From contig CM119267.1 in assembly GCA_051294375.1 (NCBI GenBank), positions 9,598,339 through 9,662,338 of the forward strand: a DNA stretch of 64,000 nt. Reading direction: 5' to 3'. The notes beneath the pieces were generated by a model. That model ran no database searches and was not told the DNA's origin. It saw only the letters and a program-made list of their open reading frames with translations. Below are positions 13,471-24,300 of this stretch, piece after piece. This DNA is from Paraspadella gotoi. Taxonomy: Eukaryota > Animalia > Chaetognatha. Both the position numbers and the translations under genes were made by a program. Positions within the stretch are counted from its first letter, which is position 1, and each line of letters starts with the position of its first letter.

Positions 13471-14696
13471 TTTTCGATCAGAATCGATGTCTCGTTTCGT
13501 TCGAATCGTTCACCTTTGGAAATTCTCTTTTTCCTTTCAAATTGAAATGAGAAGAGGAGAGAGAGAAATCCTATGATGAGATGAGGTGATAAGGCGTGAG
13601 ACGAGTTACCTTTGCAGATGAACGCAATAGAATTCGAGGTGATTACGTAGATTGAAACGTTCGTCAGTCACCCTCAATTCGTGTGAATCGTAGAAATGGG
13701 AAAGCAATCGGATTAATGAAAAAAAATTGCAAGATTACTCGTTTTATTCTATTAGAATAAATTATATAAAAAAAAATTAAATGGATATAAAAGTTGAGTA
13801 TATTTCACAAAAATATTTGATTTAACTGTTATTTATTTTTGATTTAATAACGTTATGGGGAGAGGGATGTTGGAGTTGTCTTCTGGAAATGGGGTGGTCG
13901 TTTTATGTGAAGCATTGGATTATTAATATTATACAACTAATTACCACTTCATTGATAGGGAAGCCAGGTACTCTGGGAGTGTAAAAACTAGACTGCAAAA
14001 TTCTTGATTGAAAGCTTGCTGGGTCCTGCTGTTATTATCTTGTAAGAGGGATGGAGGGCGTCCAGTGTCCACTCCGTAAATATAATGAGGCGAGCCAAGG
14101 GGTAATTCACCTGGGAACGTCTGGTCGACGCCCTCGCTACGACCTTTAATTTCTCTCGAATTCATGAATTAAAATGAGAGAGAGGGGAGAGAGAGAGAGA
14201 GAGTGAGAGAGAGAGAGGAGAATTTTTAATTCCCTCCGTCTCTCGCCCCCATGGAAAACTTCCGCGGTGTGAATGTGGGTTCGAGACTTGAAAGAATCCC
14301 CGGATCGGATTAATCGACGACGCGATTATCTCCCGATCGACTAAAATTTCTTCGATTTCGTCTGTGATGATTTGTATTGAGGACTTAATAATTTCGATAA
14401 ACACTGTCCAGCGGCGCTAATTGCCAAAATAGAAAAATAAGAATCCTTTTAATTCGTTTGATCAGTCGCGGTTTTCAAAAAAAAAAATAAATAAAATTGT
14501 TTTAAAAACAGATTTAGAAATGTGAAACGTCTGGTATGGCTCCCCCCATAAAAGTATTTTTTTATAGAAATTTTATTGGCTTACTTCTAAACGGGCTGAT
14601 AGACAGACCGACCGACCGAAAGTTTCGTCTATACTGTGCTCAGTCTTGCCGCGACTAAAAATCGTCGAGCATGGGTAAAAGGATGAGAGCTTTCCC

Positions 14697-14753
<57 letters not shown>

Positions 14754-16865
14754 ACACACACACTTTCCTCATTTCTCTCAAGAGCATTTTTTTCAAATAT
14801 TTCCCCCGGCGCGGGAAAGTGTGTAGATAACAATTGGAAAAGAATATCGGATAAATTTGCGTAAAGGGTAGGCGTCATCGTCACCATCGCGGTCGTCGTC
14901 GTCGTCGTCGTCGTCATCATGATCGTCGTCGTACTCGTCGCCACAGAAACCCACAATTTATAATTTTCGAAGTATTTTTCGAAGAGAATTCTAAAGATAG
15001 ATGAATTTTACCCCCCGCTCCCTTTGTTTATACATCTTTCTGTCTTTTCTCAAAATCGAAATTTATATAAAGTTTTCAATGTTTTTAAAGTTTTCAACGT
15101 GGCTTCACGCTTTTTCTCTTCTTTTGAAAAAAAAAAAGCGCTGGAGTTTTTGTCGTTTGTTTACCAAATTAAACTTCAAAATACGTTTTTTTTTCATTCG
15201 CCTTTTTTTTTCTCTAAAGTGAGAATGAGTTTAGTAAAAAAATTTCAATATTTAAATAAAAATTATTTTTATTTAAATAAATGAATGTTAAAGTAAAACT
15301 CGTTTATGCAAATCACGAAAAAGTGACGCGATTCTCGTAACAACTAAAATCCCTTCCTCGACGCGTCGTATGCAAATCCAATAGGCACATCTCCCTCGCA
15401 TACAGTCAGCCGGTTTCATGAAACGAGGCATATTAAGCCGGGCGGGATCGCATTTTGATTTTATGGGAATCTGAAACTCCAAGAAATCTATCTTTATCGT
15501 ATTTAAAATAATGTTACTACTCTCGCCATGAAAAACCCATAAAGCGATACTTTCTAGACTACGATATTTCCTATACTCGCGCGTGATTAACTCGAAATCT
15601 GATATTTTATTAATCATCAACATTTTTTTAAAAAAATTCTTTTTGGTTTCTTGTTTAAAATTTCTTGTGAGAAATTTATGATCACAATATGACTATTACG
15701 CTTTTACGAATTTAAACAAAACTAACCTGCAAATCGCTTTTAAAAAAACTCTACAAATAACATTCTTGTTTCTTTATAAACATGCTTCAAAATATCCTTC
15801 AAAAAATCCTTCCGAGCATCTTTTGTTTTGAATTTTAATCAGAAAATTTAACACGTTACGTGAAATTTACTCTTTTCTTTGCTTGAGGTTTTCCTTTGTT
15901 TTGATAGAAAAACACCTCAGGTTGTCTCGTCTTAAAATGAGGACAAATATTCAAAATAATACACCAGACAAAAAAATATGAAAATGTATTCAAGTTATTA
16001 AATTGAAATAGTAGGGGGGAAAAAACGTGATTAAGATTAAAAATCTCATTGCGAAACGATTACATTAACTGTGGATCAGTGTCTCTCTCTCTCTCTTTCT
16101 CTTTCTCTCTTTCTCTCTCTCTCTTTTTCTCCCTCGTTTACTCATAACTGATGCGGACGGATTCTCTTTCTTTTTCTCAACTTATCTTTGATCAAGTAGA
16201 AAAAAATTTCACGATTCACCGATTACGAAAGAAAACTTTCCATCTCTAACTTGCCGCCAAATCTTTCTCCTCTTCTCTCAATCTTTCTCTTTCCTTCACC
16301 TTTTTTTTCCCAAAGGTTTCTCATCTCTGAAAAATTTATCATTTTCATTCTTGCGTTAGAGAATGAAGAACTGGCGCATTTGCGACTTCTCCTTCCTACC
16401 TTTCCTTCGGCTGCCGACCTCGCTCCGCTCTTTGTAAATCGCTTTAGCTTTACCCCTCGAAAATTGTACAATTTTTTAAAAAAAATTGTTTCCCCTGTCT
16501 ATTTACACTACAGAATTTACAACTGTTAGGATTCGAATCCTTCAATACTTCACCCCGTTCAAACTGACATTGATTATGCTATTCAAGCATATTCTATTTA
16601 GGATTCATTAATATTTTTTCTTCTTTAATCAACATCTCATATTTTATTCAATTACTTCATTACCTTAATATGTTTTTAACCCTAAATGTGCAAGTTGAAA
16701 AAGATTTCAAGATTTTCAAGTATCAAAGTATTATTAGTGCCACTGTAACAGTTCAGCTTCAGCCCTTGAAAGCGATTTACATGTATTGCCGCAGCCACTG
16801 TTTTTTTTTAGGCACTAGATCTCCTTTTATTTTCTTTTTAGATCTATTGAAATTGGTACATACAA

Positions 16866-17059
16866 CCAACATAAAAATTATTCATTCATTTAATAATAAG
16901 CTATCTTGCCCCTGACTTTGGACAGGCTATAGTGGTTTAAGGCCTCCATCACTATTACAAGATAATGACATAGCAGTCCCTGCAAGCTTTCAATCAAGAG
17001 TCTTTCACAGTCTCGTTTATTCACTCCAGAGTACCTGCTTCCCTATCAATGAAGTGGTA
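16866..17059 (-). mobile_element. Dispersed repeat, probable retroelement 3' end (other copies 13942-14057 on the opposite strand, ~56049-56096, ~63379-63450)
   Basis: taccacttcattgatagggaagc.aggtactctgg..cttgattgaaagcttgc..ttatcttgtaa is shared with 13942. ataagctatct.gcccctgacttt..acaggct is shared with 56059 and 63411. Confidence 0.6.
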
Positions 17060-18856
17060 TAATATTTCAAAGGATGTTTCAATTGTATGAAAAGACCGCT
17101 TCCTTTTATCGATTAATTTTCTAAAGATGGTGACTATGTATTTTACATCTCTTCGCTCCCCATGAATTTCGATGCTTATACGTACAACAGTACAAGTACA
17201 AATTAAAATGAGACTAAGTGGAAACAATTTCGAATACAAAATAGGGTTTTGCAAGGAAAAAGCGCACCAAAACGAATTATGGTTGCCTCTCTCTCTCCGT
17301 CAATTGTTTTTCTTAATTTTTCTAAACAAAAACGAAAATTTTGGGAACCGACTTCAAAAATAACCATTTGTTATTTTTAAACTGCCTTGAAAAAAAGCCT
17401 TGGGGAAAACGCTCAAAACAAAAGTAAATAGTAAGAAACAATTTAAGTAAAATTTAAGCACCTCCGCCGTTATTTATCTATGTATTCTATTTTTTTTTTC
17501 AAGGTAACAACTTTATTGAAGACTTTTTTCTACTTTTTTTACATCAAATTTTTTAACCAAAACCGATTTTGGGCGGCATTGCGATACAACAGGGTTCAAA
17601 CATTAAGCTATAAAGATCAATATCATCGATTCATCATTCTTTTTCATATTTTCTTTTTGTCATTTTTATATTTTTTCTATTTTTCAACGAAATTAAAATC
17701 CCAACAAAAAAAAACGAACCGAAAGAGCGTTCTCGGCAAAATGGACGCATCTCGTGGAAAATCGGGAAAACGTTTTCCCTTCGTTGGTCGAGTAATTGAT
17801 TCCGTCTTGCGGGGCGAAGGTTCATCGATCAACTTTCGCCACGGTTTTTGAAAGGTAAGTGTGGACTCAGGGCGGTGGGTGGGAAAACAAGGAGCCGGGG
17901 GGTGAGGGGTAAAGTGACGCCGAGCAAACGAGGTTCGGACGTCGTAAAAACGAAAAACCCAAAGGCGGAATTTGTCGGCGCCGATCATGCGTGATTTCCA
18001 TCGTCGGCGGAAAGTTGATGGGGGGGCGTTAGGGGGGCTGCGGCGGGGAGAGGGCGGCGGCGGCGGGATGCGGCGGCGGTAGTGACTCCAAGCGACAAGG
18101 ACGACGACGAGCGACAAATATACGCGGATTTTATGAAAACGAAAACGAAATTTTTCATAACACAGAGGACCTTGAACTAATATCAGGATTCCTGTTCTAA
18201 AAATATATAAGTCGCGGTACAACAAAACAAATTGAACGACAACAACAATTCCGATGGTGAGAACATTTGAATAATCTCTCCATAACGGACACTGATTTTT
18301 TTTTATATATAAACTAGTCTTAAATAAATATAAACAACAAGGATCCAAAGGAATGAACACGTCGCATTCGTTTCCGGGTAGATAGAAAAAAAAAGGACGG
18401 AGAAAAAAATGCTTAAAAAAAAAATCGCACAATGACAAACGGTACGCACCAGACACGAAGCTGCTAAGTCGACCGTAATTTTTCAAACGGAAGCTTTTAA
18501 CAATTTCTAACTTACATCCCCACTGCCCCCCTCTCTGCTTTAAGGCTTTTTTTTTTTTTGCTTCATTTTCATTTATTCTGTCGCGTTTTTGTGAGCGTTT
18601 CGGTTTTAATCTTATTATTTTTCTTTTTTTTTTAAGCTGAGATAGAAATTTTTTGGACTGGAAGAGAGGAGTAGAGGGTTAGAACTTCGAGAAAAAAATA
18701 AAGAAAGAGTGAAAGAAAGAAAGAGACAGAGAGTAATGTAGAAAGATCCGTTTGATTTAAATTTTCCCGCGTTTAACTTCTTCCTTCCCTTCGCTTTCGA
18801 AGCGAGTCTTCACTTTCGAGATAAATTTAAAATGGCCCTAACACATTACCCGTGGA

Positions 18857-18928
18857 ACCTAAGAGTAAGTGCTAATCTAAGGCTAAGTGCTAACCTAAGG
18901 CTAAGTGCTACCTTGAGGCTAAGTGCGA
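18857..18928. repeat. 18-bp minisatellite (AACCTAAGGCTAAGTGCT) x4
   Basis: Four tandem near-identical units. Confidence 0.8.
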
Positions 18929-19139
18929 CAAGTGTCTGAGGTCGGCGACTTAATAGTCGTCGTCGTTGATGTTTTCGTTTCCAACGCATTGAGTCGTTAT
19001 TGCGTAACGCATCCATCTGACCTTTTGCGTCGCAGTAATTCCCGTTAGGTTAGACTTAGTCAACAACTTTTTTCTTATAACGATGTAACTATATATATAT
19101 TTGTGGCCTCATCTCTTTTTCTACTACATATTTGTCCAT

Positions 19140-19701
19140 TAAAGCAAAAATATTAAAATCAAGTATAAAAAAATTTTTAAAAATTAATTTTTATTTTTCA
19201 ATTTTCGCTTACGCCGATATTTATAAATAGTTTACATAATTGTAAAATAGTTTTCTTATTTTTAAAAGCAGATTCGAATTACTCACGAAAAGTTGATAAA
19301 AGGAAATATAACTCTTTTTAAAAAAATATATCATTAAGTGGGTTAAAATCCTAAAAAACTATTAGAATTAACCTATAATTAAATTTTAGATTTTTGAAAT
19401 ATAGTTTTTTGAATTTTTGGCTAACTTACGGAAAAAATTTTTGATTAAGACTTATATATTCTTTTATAAACTTTTTATGCGGAATTAGAATCTGCTTTCA
19501 AAACTCAGAAAAGATTATTTTAAAATTTTGATATTTTCTATGGTGAGTACAATGACATAGTATATATTTATACATATTTTATTACATATTTATAGATAGT
19601 CTATGTATAAATATGGGAGTTTACGAAAATTGAGAAATTTTAAAAAAAGATTTGTTCTTTAGTCCAAGACTGTTCATGATCAACTATTCGACTACGCATT
19701 A
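19140..19701. mobile_element. Diverged copy of the same MITE family as 10806-11422
   Basis: Shares internal blocks (gcagatt.gaatt..tc...aaaagttgataaaag.aaatataa; cattaagtgggttaaaa). Right end ACTACGCATTA. Flanks TTGTCCAT/TTGTCCAA (7/8 TSD). Confidence 0.65.
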
Positions 19702-20054
19702 TTGTCCAATGTCCATTGTCCAATGTCCATCTTTGTCCGATTGACGATTTTCTCTCCTAATCCTTCGACGTTGACGTCGCTTGATTGACGTCATCCAGTC
19801 CGATTGCGTAGCTGTCGTTGTTGTTGCCATTAATTAGGCGAATCAGGACTAATAAGTCGGTGATCAATAGACGAAAATCTATATATATTATATAAGAATC
19901 TCAATTAAATCCAAAAGCCTCCAAGCGAGCAGAGATTTTTTTAAATTCGTACAAGGTTGTGCAAATATTTCCTCCTTTCCCGCCTCGCCAGGTTTGCTCC
20001 GCCATAAAGCCTGCGATAAATATCCGTAACTTACCCATTCACGTGGGGTTGCGT

Positions 20055-20113
<59 letters not shown>

Positions 20114-20783
20114 TGTGTGTGTGTGATAATCATATTTGAAACCCATATATTGTGGTAAATGTAGTAGTAAATTCTTCACGTGTTAACCTATCAAAGGCTC
20201 TACATAATTCAGCTTTGAAATAAATAAAGAACGGTTGATCCGATCTTCGCTGGCGCAACCCCTTTTAGCGAAAACCAAACGAAAATTTGCGAAGGCTTTC
20301 AGGAAAAACCACGCCCATTTATTGAGAATTTTTTTAACTCCGAGTTTGCCATAGTAGTACACAGTTGAATAATAATATGCTAACGTTAGGGATGAAATTT
20401 TAAATGTTTGTAAATATTTTTATGGCAAATCGGCAATCGAAAATGATACTTTACCAGCTATACTCAACTACAAGGGGTGTGAAAAACCATGGCTTTTAAA
20501 AAGCTTAGAAAATCCATCAAATTCTAACTGAAGTGGTTTGTTTTGGATTTGAGTAAAAATATATAAGCTTTAAACCGGAGTAGAAGCCTCACACGGAATT
20601 ACGATTGCCAATTGGTGGATTAAAGGAGGAAAAGGAGGGAAGCTTTCTGATTGGTTCTTTGGTCCCTATCCTTACCGCGAACGCTTATGCTCTTCCTTTT
20701 CCCGAATTAATGTCGCGAATCTTTTTACATTCAAGGGCAGTTGCAGATTTTTATCCATCTTTTACTAATCATTTTATGTTCAG

Positions 20784-20881
20784 AGTCTCCTGCTTAGCTT
20801 TTACAGCTCATCTGGTAAGTTTATTGAATCATTTTGAACTTTTCTTTTTCCGTGAAATTATATTTTTTTTGGTTTTGACAG
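20784..20881 (+). other. Probable 5' UTR exon (20784-20814) and 67-nt UTR intron (20815-20881) of the oxidase gene
   Basis: Acceptor tactaat..ttatgttcag ends at 20783. Donor ctg|gtaagt at 20815. Acceptor ttttgacag at 20881, 8 nt before the ATG in an AAAAATG context. Confidence 0.55.
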
Positions 20882-20889
20882 TTATAAAA

Positions 20890-23046
20890 ATGGCTTGCCG
20901 TCCAGTTCCGTTGAAGCCTCCTTGCGAATATGACGCTATTACCTACGACATCAAAACTCTGGAGTGTAAGTCACCACGTGAAATATGATTTAAAAAAAAC
21001 TCGATACTAACCTCGCTATCACATCTCTTTTCCACAGCCTCTCTCCAGTTCCAGAACCTCTGGACGCCTGATTTGGCCGACGTCCTCGCCGGCAAGAAGG
21101 CGAATCCCGAGAGCGTAAAGCGCGAGGTGAAGATCGCCATCGTGGGAGGAGGCCCCGCGGGTTTGATGGCCGCTTACGAATTGCAGAAGATTCCCGACGC
21201 CAAGATTACGGTGTTCGAACAAGCGGACCGCATCGGCGGGAGAATCATGACCGTCGGTGAGTTACACTTAGTGCGTTATAATTTGACCCAGACCAATTAT
21301 CTTGTAATTTCGACTAAATGAATTCAAACTTCAAGATTACGTTTTTACTAAATTTATCCCTTTAATCCAGGATACCACGGTCACTTGGAGAAGGACGCTC
21401 GTGGCCGGGACTTCTGGACCGAAAAGATCACCTACGGCGAAGCCGGCGGAATGCGTCTGCCGCTTCCGCCGCAGAATTACATGAAGGCCAAGTATTTCGA
21501 TAAGAAAGACGTCAACCTAGAAATCAGCAAATTCACCAACGCGGAAATCAACCAACTGCTCCACGGCAAGGCTCCTTACGAGTTCGTCGTGGACGAGGAT
21601 TTCCCAATGCCGATCATTCGTCACTACATCAAGGAGATGGAGATTCCCGTGAAGAGGTTCAACATGAGCGTCGCCGCGGCCACCATCGACGTCGATTTCG
21701 ACGGCAAGAAGTTCGAAGGCTACTACGTTCGCGGAGACGATGGTCACCTGTATGACGAGAACAAGAAGACTCTGGAAGAAAACTTCAAGACCTTTCTCGA
21801 GCAGAACACCACCGGCGACGTTCTCCAGTGGATCAAGGACGTCGGAGATCTTTCCGCTTATTTGGATTTCAGCATCACGAACCGCGTCCAGGCCGATCTT
21901 CGTCAGCTGACCCCCGAAAAGTGGGACGACTACCTTTCCGACTGGAACCTCACTTATCGCAAATGCCTGACCGAGGCCAAGAACAACAAAGGTAGCCTGG
22001 ATTTCAAGAAATGGCCGGAGAGCATCATCGATTTTTACCAAGACGTCTACCGTATGGGAATGGATGACGTAATCAGCAGCGCGGTAATTGAAACCGATCT
22101 TGGCCATTGGTGGCAAGATACCGGAATGTATTGTCCGGTCTATGGTATGCACTCGATCTACGAGAAGCCTCCCACGATCGGTAATGACGAAACGTCGTCC
22201 AAGGATCTTCCGGCTAAAGCTTTGGGATTCAAGGATCGATTCAACAGCAAGGTCAATATCCATTGCAACGGTCGCGTCACCGGCGTAAAGCGTGACTCCA
22301 CTAATGGCAAGATCGACGTCACCGTCATGGAAAGGCCCCTCGTTTCGTCTTTGTTTTTCGGCACCGAAGAGGTTCATGAATTTGACGCTGTCATGCTGAC
22401 TGTCCCGCCTCATTGCATGAAGGACATCAAGGTGACCGGCTTTCCCAATCTGCCCGACGTGGCCACGATCGATCTGCCTTACATGAAGCTTTCCAAGAAC
22501 ATGTACGAGTTTACGTCGATGTTTTGGCGCGAAAAAGATGGCGCCAGTCACAACCGCGGCGACTTCAAGATGAACGGCTACAACGGGTTTTTGACGGCAT
22601 CGAAATCGAGCGAAAAGGGATTCCTTTCTCAGCTTCGCTACTCGACTCCGGACGAAGGCAATGTCATCATGAACTACGAGTTCGCCGAAAACGCCGAAGT
22701 GGCGTCCAAGCACGACGACGACACCATTCTCAATTTCGTGCAGAAGTTCCACACCGGAATCAGCGTGAAGAACGAGGCCGTCATCAAATCCGCCAACAGT
22801 TGCACGGTCGGCAAATTCCGGGCTCCTTGGATGAACCTGAGCGGCATGCCTTACACCGCTGATCACGTGGCCACCATGAAGAAGTTCTGCAACTATGGAG
22901 ACGTGCAGGGTCTTTACTTTGCCGGCGACGCCTGGTCCTTCAAGCCGCAGTGGCAGGAGGGATCCTTTTACACGGCCCTTCACGCAGTCTTCAGGCTGAT
23001 CAACAACTTCTCTGGCAAGAACGATCCCGATCCCTTTCAATATTAA
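20890..23046 (+). CDS. Flavin-containing amine oxidoreductase / L-amino-acid oxidase family protein (~656 aa, 3 coding exons: 20890-20965, 21038-21256, 21371-23046)
   Basis: Exons join in frame across GT-AG introns (gtaagt..ccacag with a TACTAAC branch site at 21005; gtgagt..atccag). Motifs: dinucleotide-binding IAIVGGGPAGLMAAYEL, FEQADRIGGRI (GG motif), EAGGMRLP, YMKLSK..F...FW, and C-terminal FAD motif LYFAGDAWS..WQEGS. Codon usage is strongly C/G-ending against an AT-rich background. Confidence 0.9.
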
Positions 23047-23105
23047 TTTTCGAAAGTGTTTTTAAACGAATTTGCAACTGAATTTTATGTGACGTTACTT
23101 TTTTA

Positions 23106-23111
23106 AATAAA
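23106..23111 (+). terminator. Polyadenylation signal of the oxidase gene
   Basis: AATAAA 60 nt after the TAA stop, followed by T-rich sequence. Confidence 0.55.
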
Positions 23112-23404
23112 TTCTAATTTTCTTCATTTACAAGCTTTTCTTATTTTAGCAAGAGTAGGAAGGTCAAAGTTTTCAATCAATTGGTTGTCTGACGATTTAG
23201 TTCTACCTGGATCCTGTAAAGCAGGCTGACCACCTCCGCTAATGCAACCTAAACAGTTGATGGGCTGTAAATTACTGAAGTTTTCGTGCTGCAATGTATT
23301 AGTTTAATCTGTAAATTTCTTTTACATTAACCTCTTTATGTTAAAAAAATAACTACCCTAACGCTAATCATCGAATATGAAATAAAAACTTAATATTAAA
23401 AGAC

Positions 23405-24300
23405 ATAAATTTCGGACATGTTTCGACTTCAATGTAAACCTTCAGCGCAAAACGAATTGATTTCTGAAAAATATTCAGATTTCACATTCATTTTTGCGCT
23501 GAAGGCTTACATTAAAACAAACGTGTCAATTTGTTTCTTTAAAACTCGTACGTAAACAATTCATTTTCTACCTTAAACATAACAATAGAATTATTTGGTA
23601 ATTAAAATTTGTATCACTGAACAAAAGGTATTGCGCAAGTAACACGATGCTAGAGGAAAAACAAACTAGCACCAACTGATAGTACCTAAGGTTGGTTGCA
23701 AACGTCAAATAGTTTCCCACAATTTTCATATGCAGATTGATTTTTTCTAATTTTAACTTGGTCACAACCGTTAATAGCTCTTAAAAGTTAGACTACTCAT
23801 TTACATTACTGGCTTTTTATATTCGCCGACCGGGATTTTGCGGTCGATAATTTTTTTCTCGCAAAAATAAAGAACTGAAGGATAACTTTTATAAATTCTT
23901 AACCGCCCCTGACCGAACCATTTAAAAAATATAACACAAAAATATTGTTTCCTTTCCTTGTTTACATACGAGTTTTAAGAAACAAATTTTGAATATGTTA
24001 CGCCTTCAATGTAAACCTCCGTCAGTTCAAAAACATTGATTTATAAAATTATTTTTACAGACTTTGAAGTTTGAGTCTGTGAAATTTCTTAAACTCGTAT
24101 GTAAACAATTTATTTTCTACCTCAAACATAAAAATAGCAGTTAAAATAAATTTAAAACTGTTTATAAAATTTGTATTACTGAATAAAAAGGTATATTACA
24201 CAGTGAGACTCGACGCCGGAAGAAAAACAAAAATAAATTCACAAAGCACCGACCGGTAGTACCTAAGGTTGGTTACGGACGTCGAATAGTAAAGTTGCCC
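23405..24300. mobile_element. Cluster of direct and inverted repeats, probable Penelope-like element terminal repeats
   Basis: 23538-23715 and 24088-24290 are direct repeats. 23415-23448 and 23496-23527 are inverted. 23958-23988 is the inverse of 23528-23560. Degenerate CTGA..GAAACATGTC motifs are present. Confidence 0.5.

Noticed and set aside
17677-18486. 269-aa minus-strand ORF
   Set aside because: F-rich patchwork over homopolymer runs, with no motif and no coding-like codon bias.
18857-18928. Interstitial telomeric repeat (TTAGG-like)
   Set aside because: The unit is an 18-mer with only one embedded CCTAA; it is not a (TTAGG)n or (TTAGGC)n array.
21517-23040. 507-aa ORF antisense to the oxidase exon
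   Set aside because: Codon-aligned shadow of a CDS with strong C/G-ending bias that avoids TTA/CTA/TCA; it has no motifs of its own.
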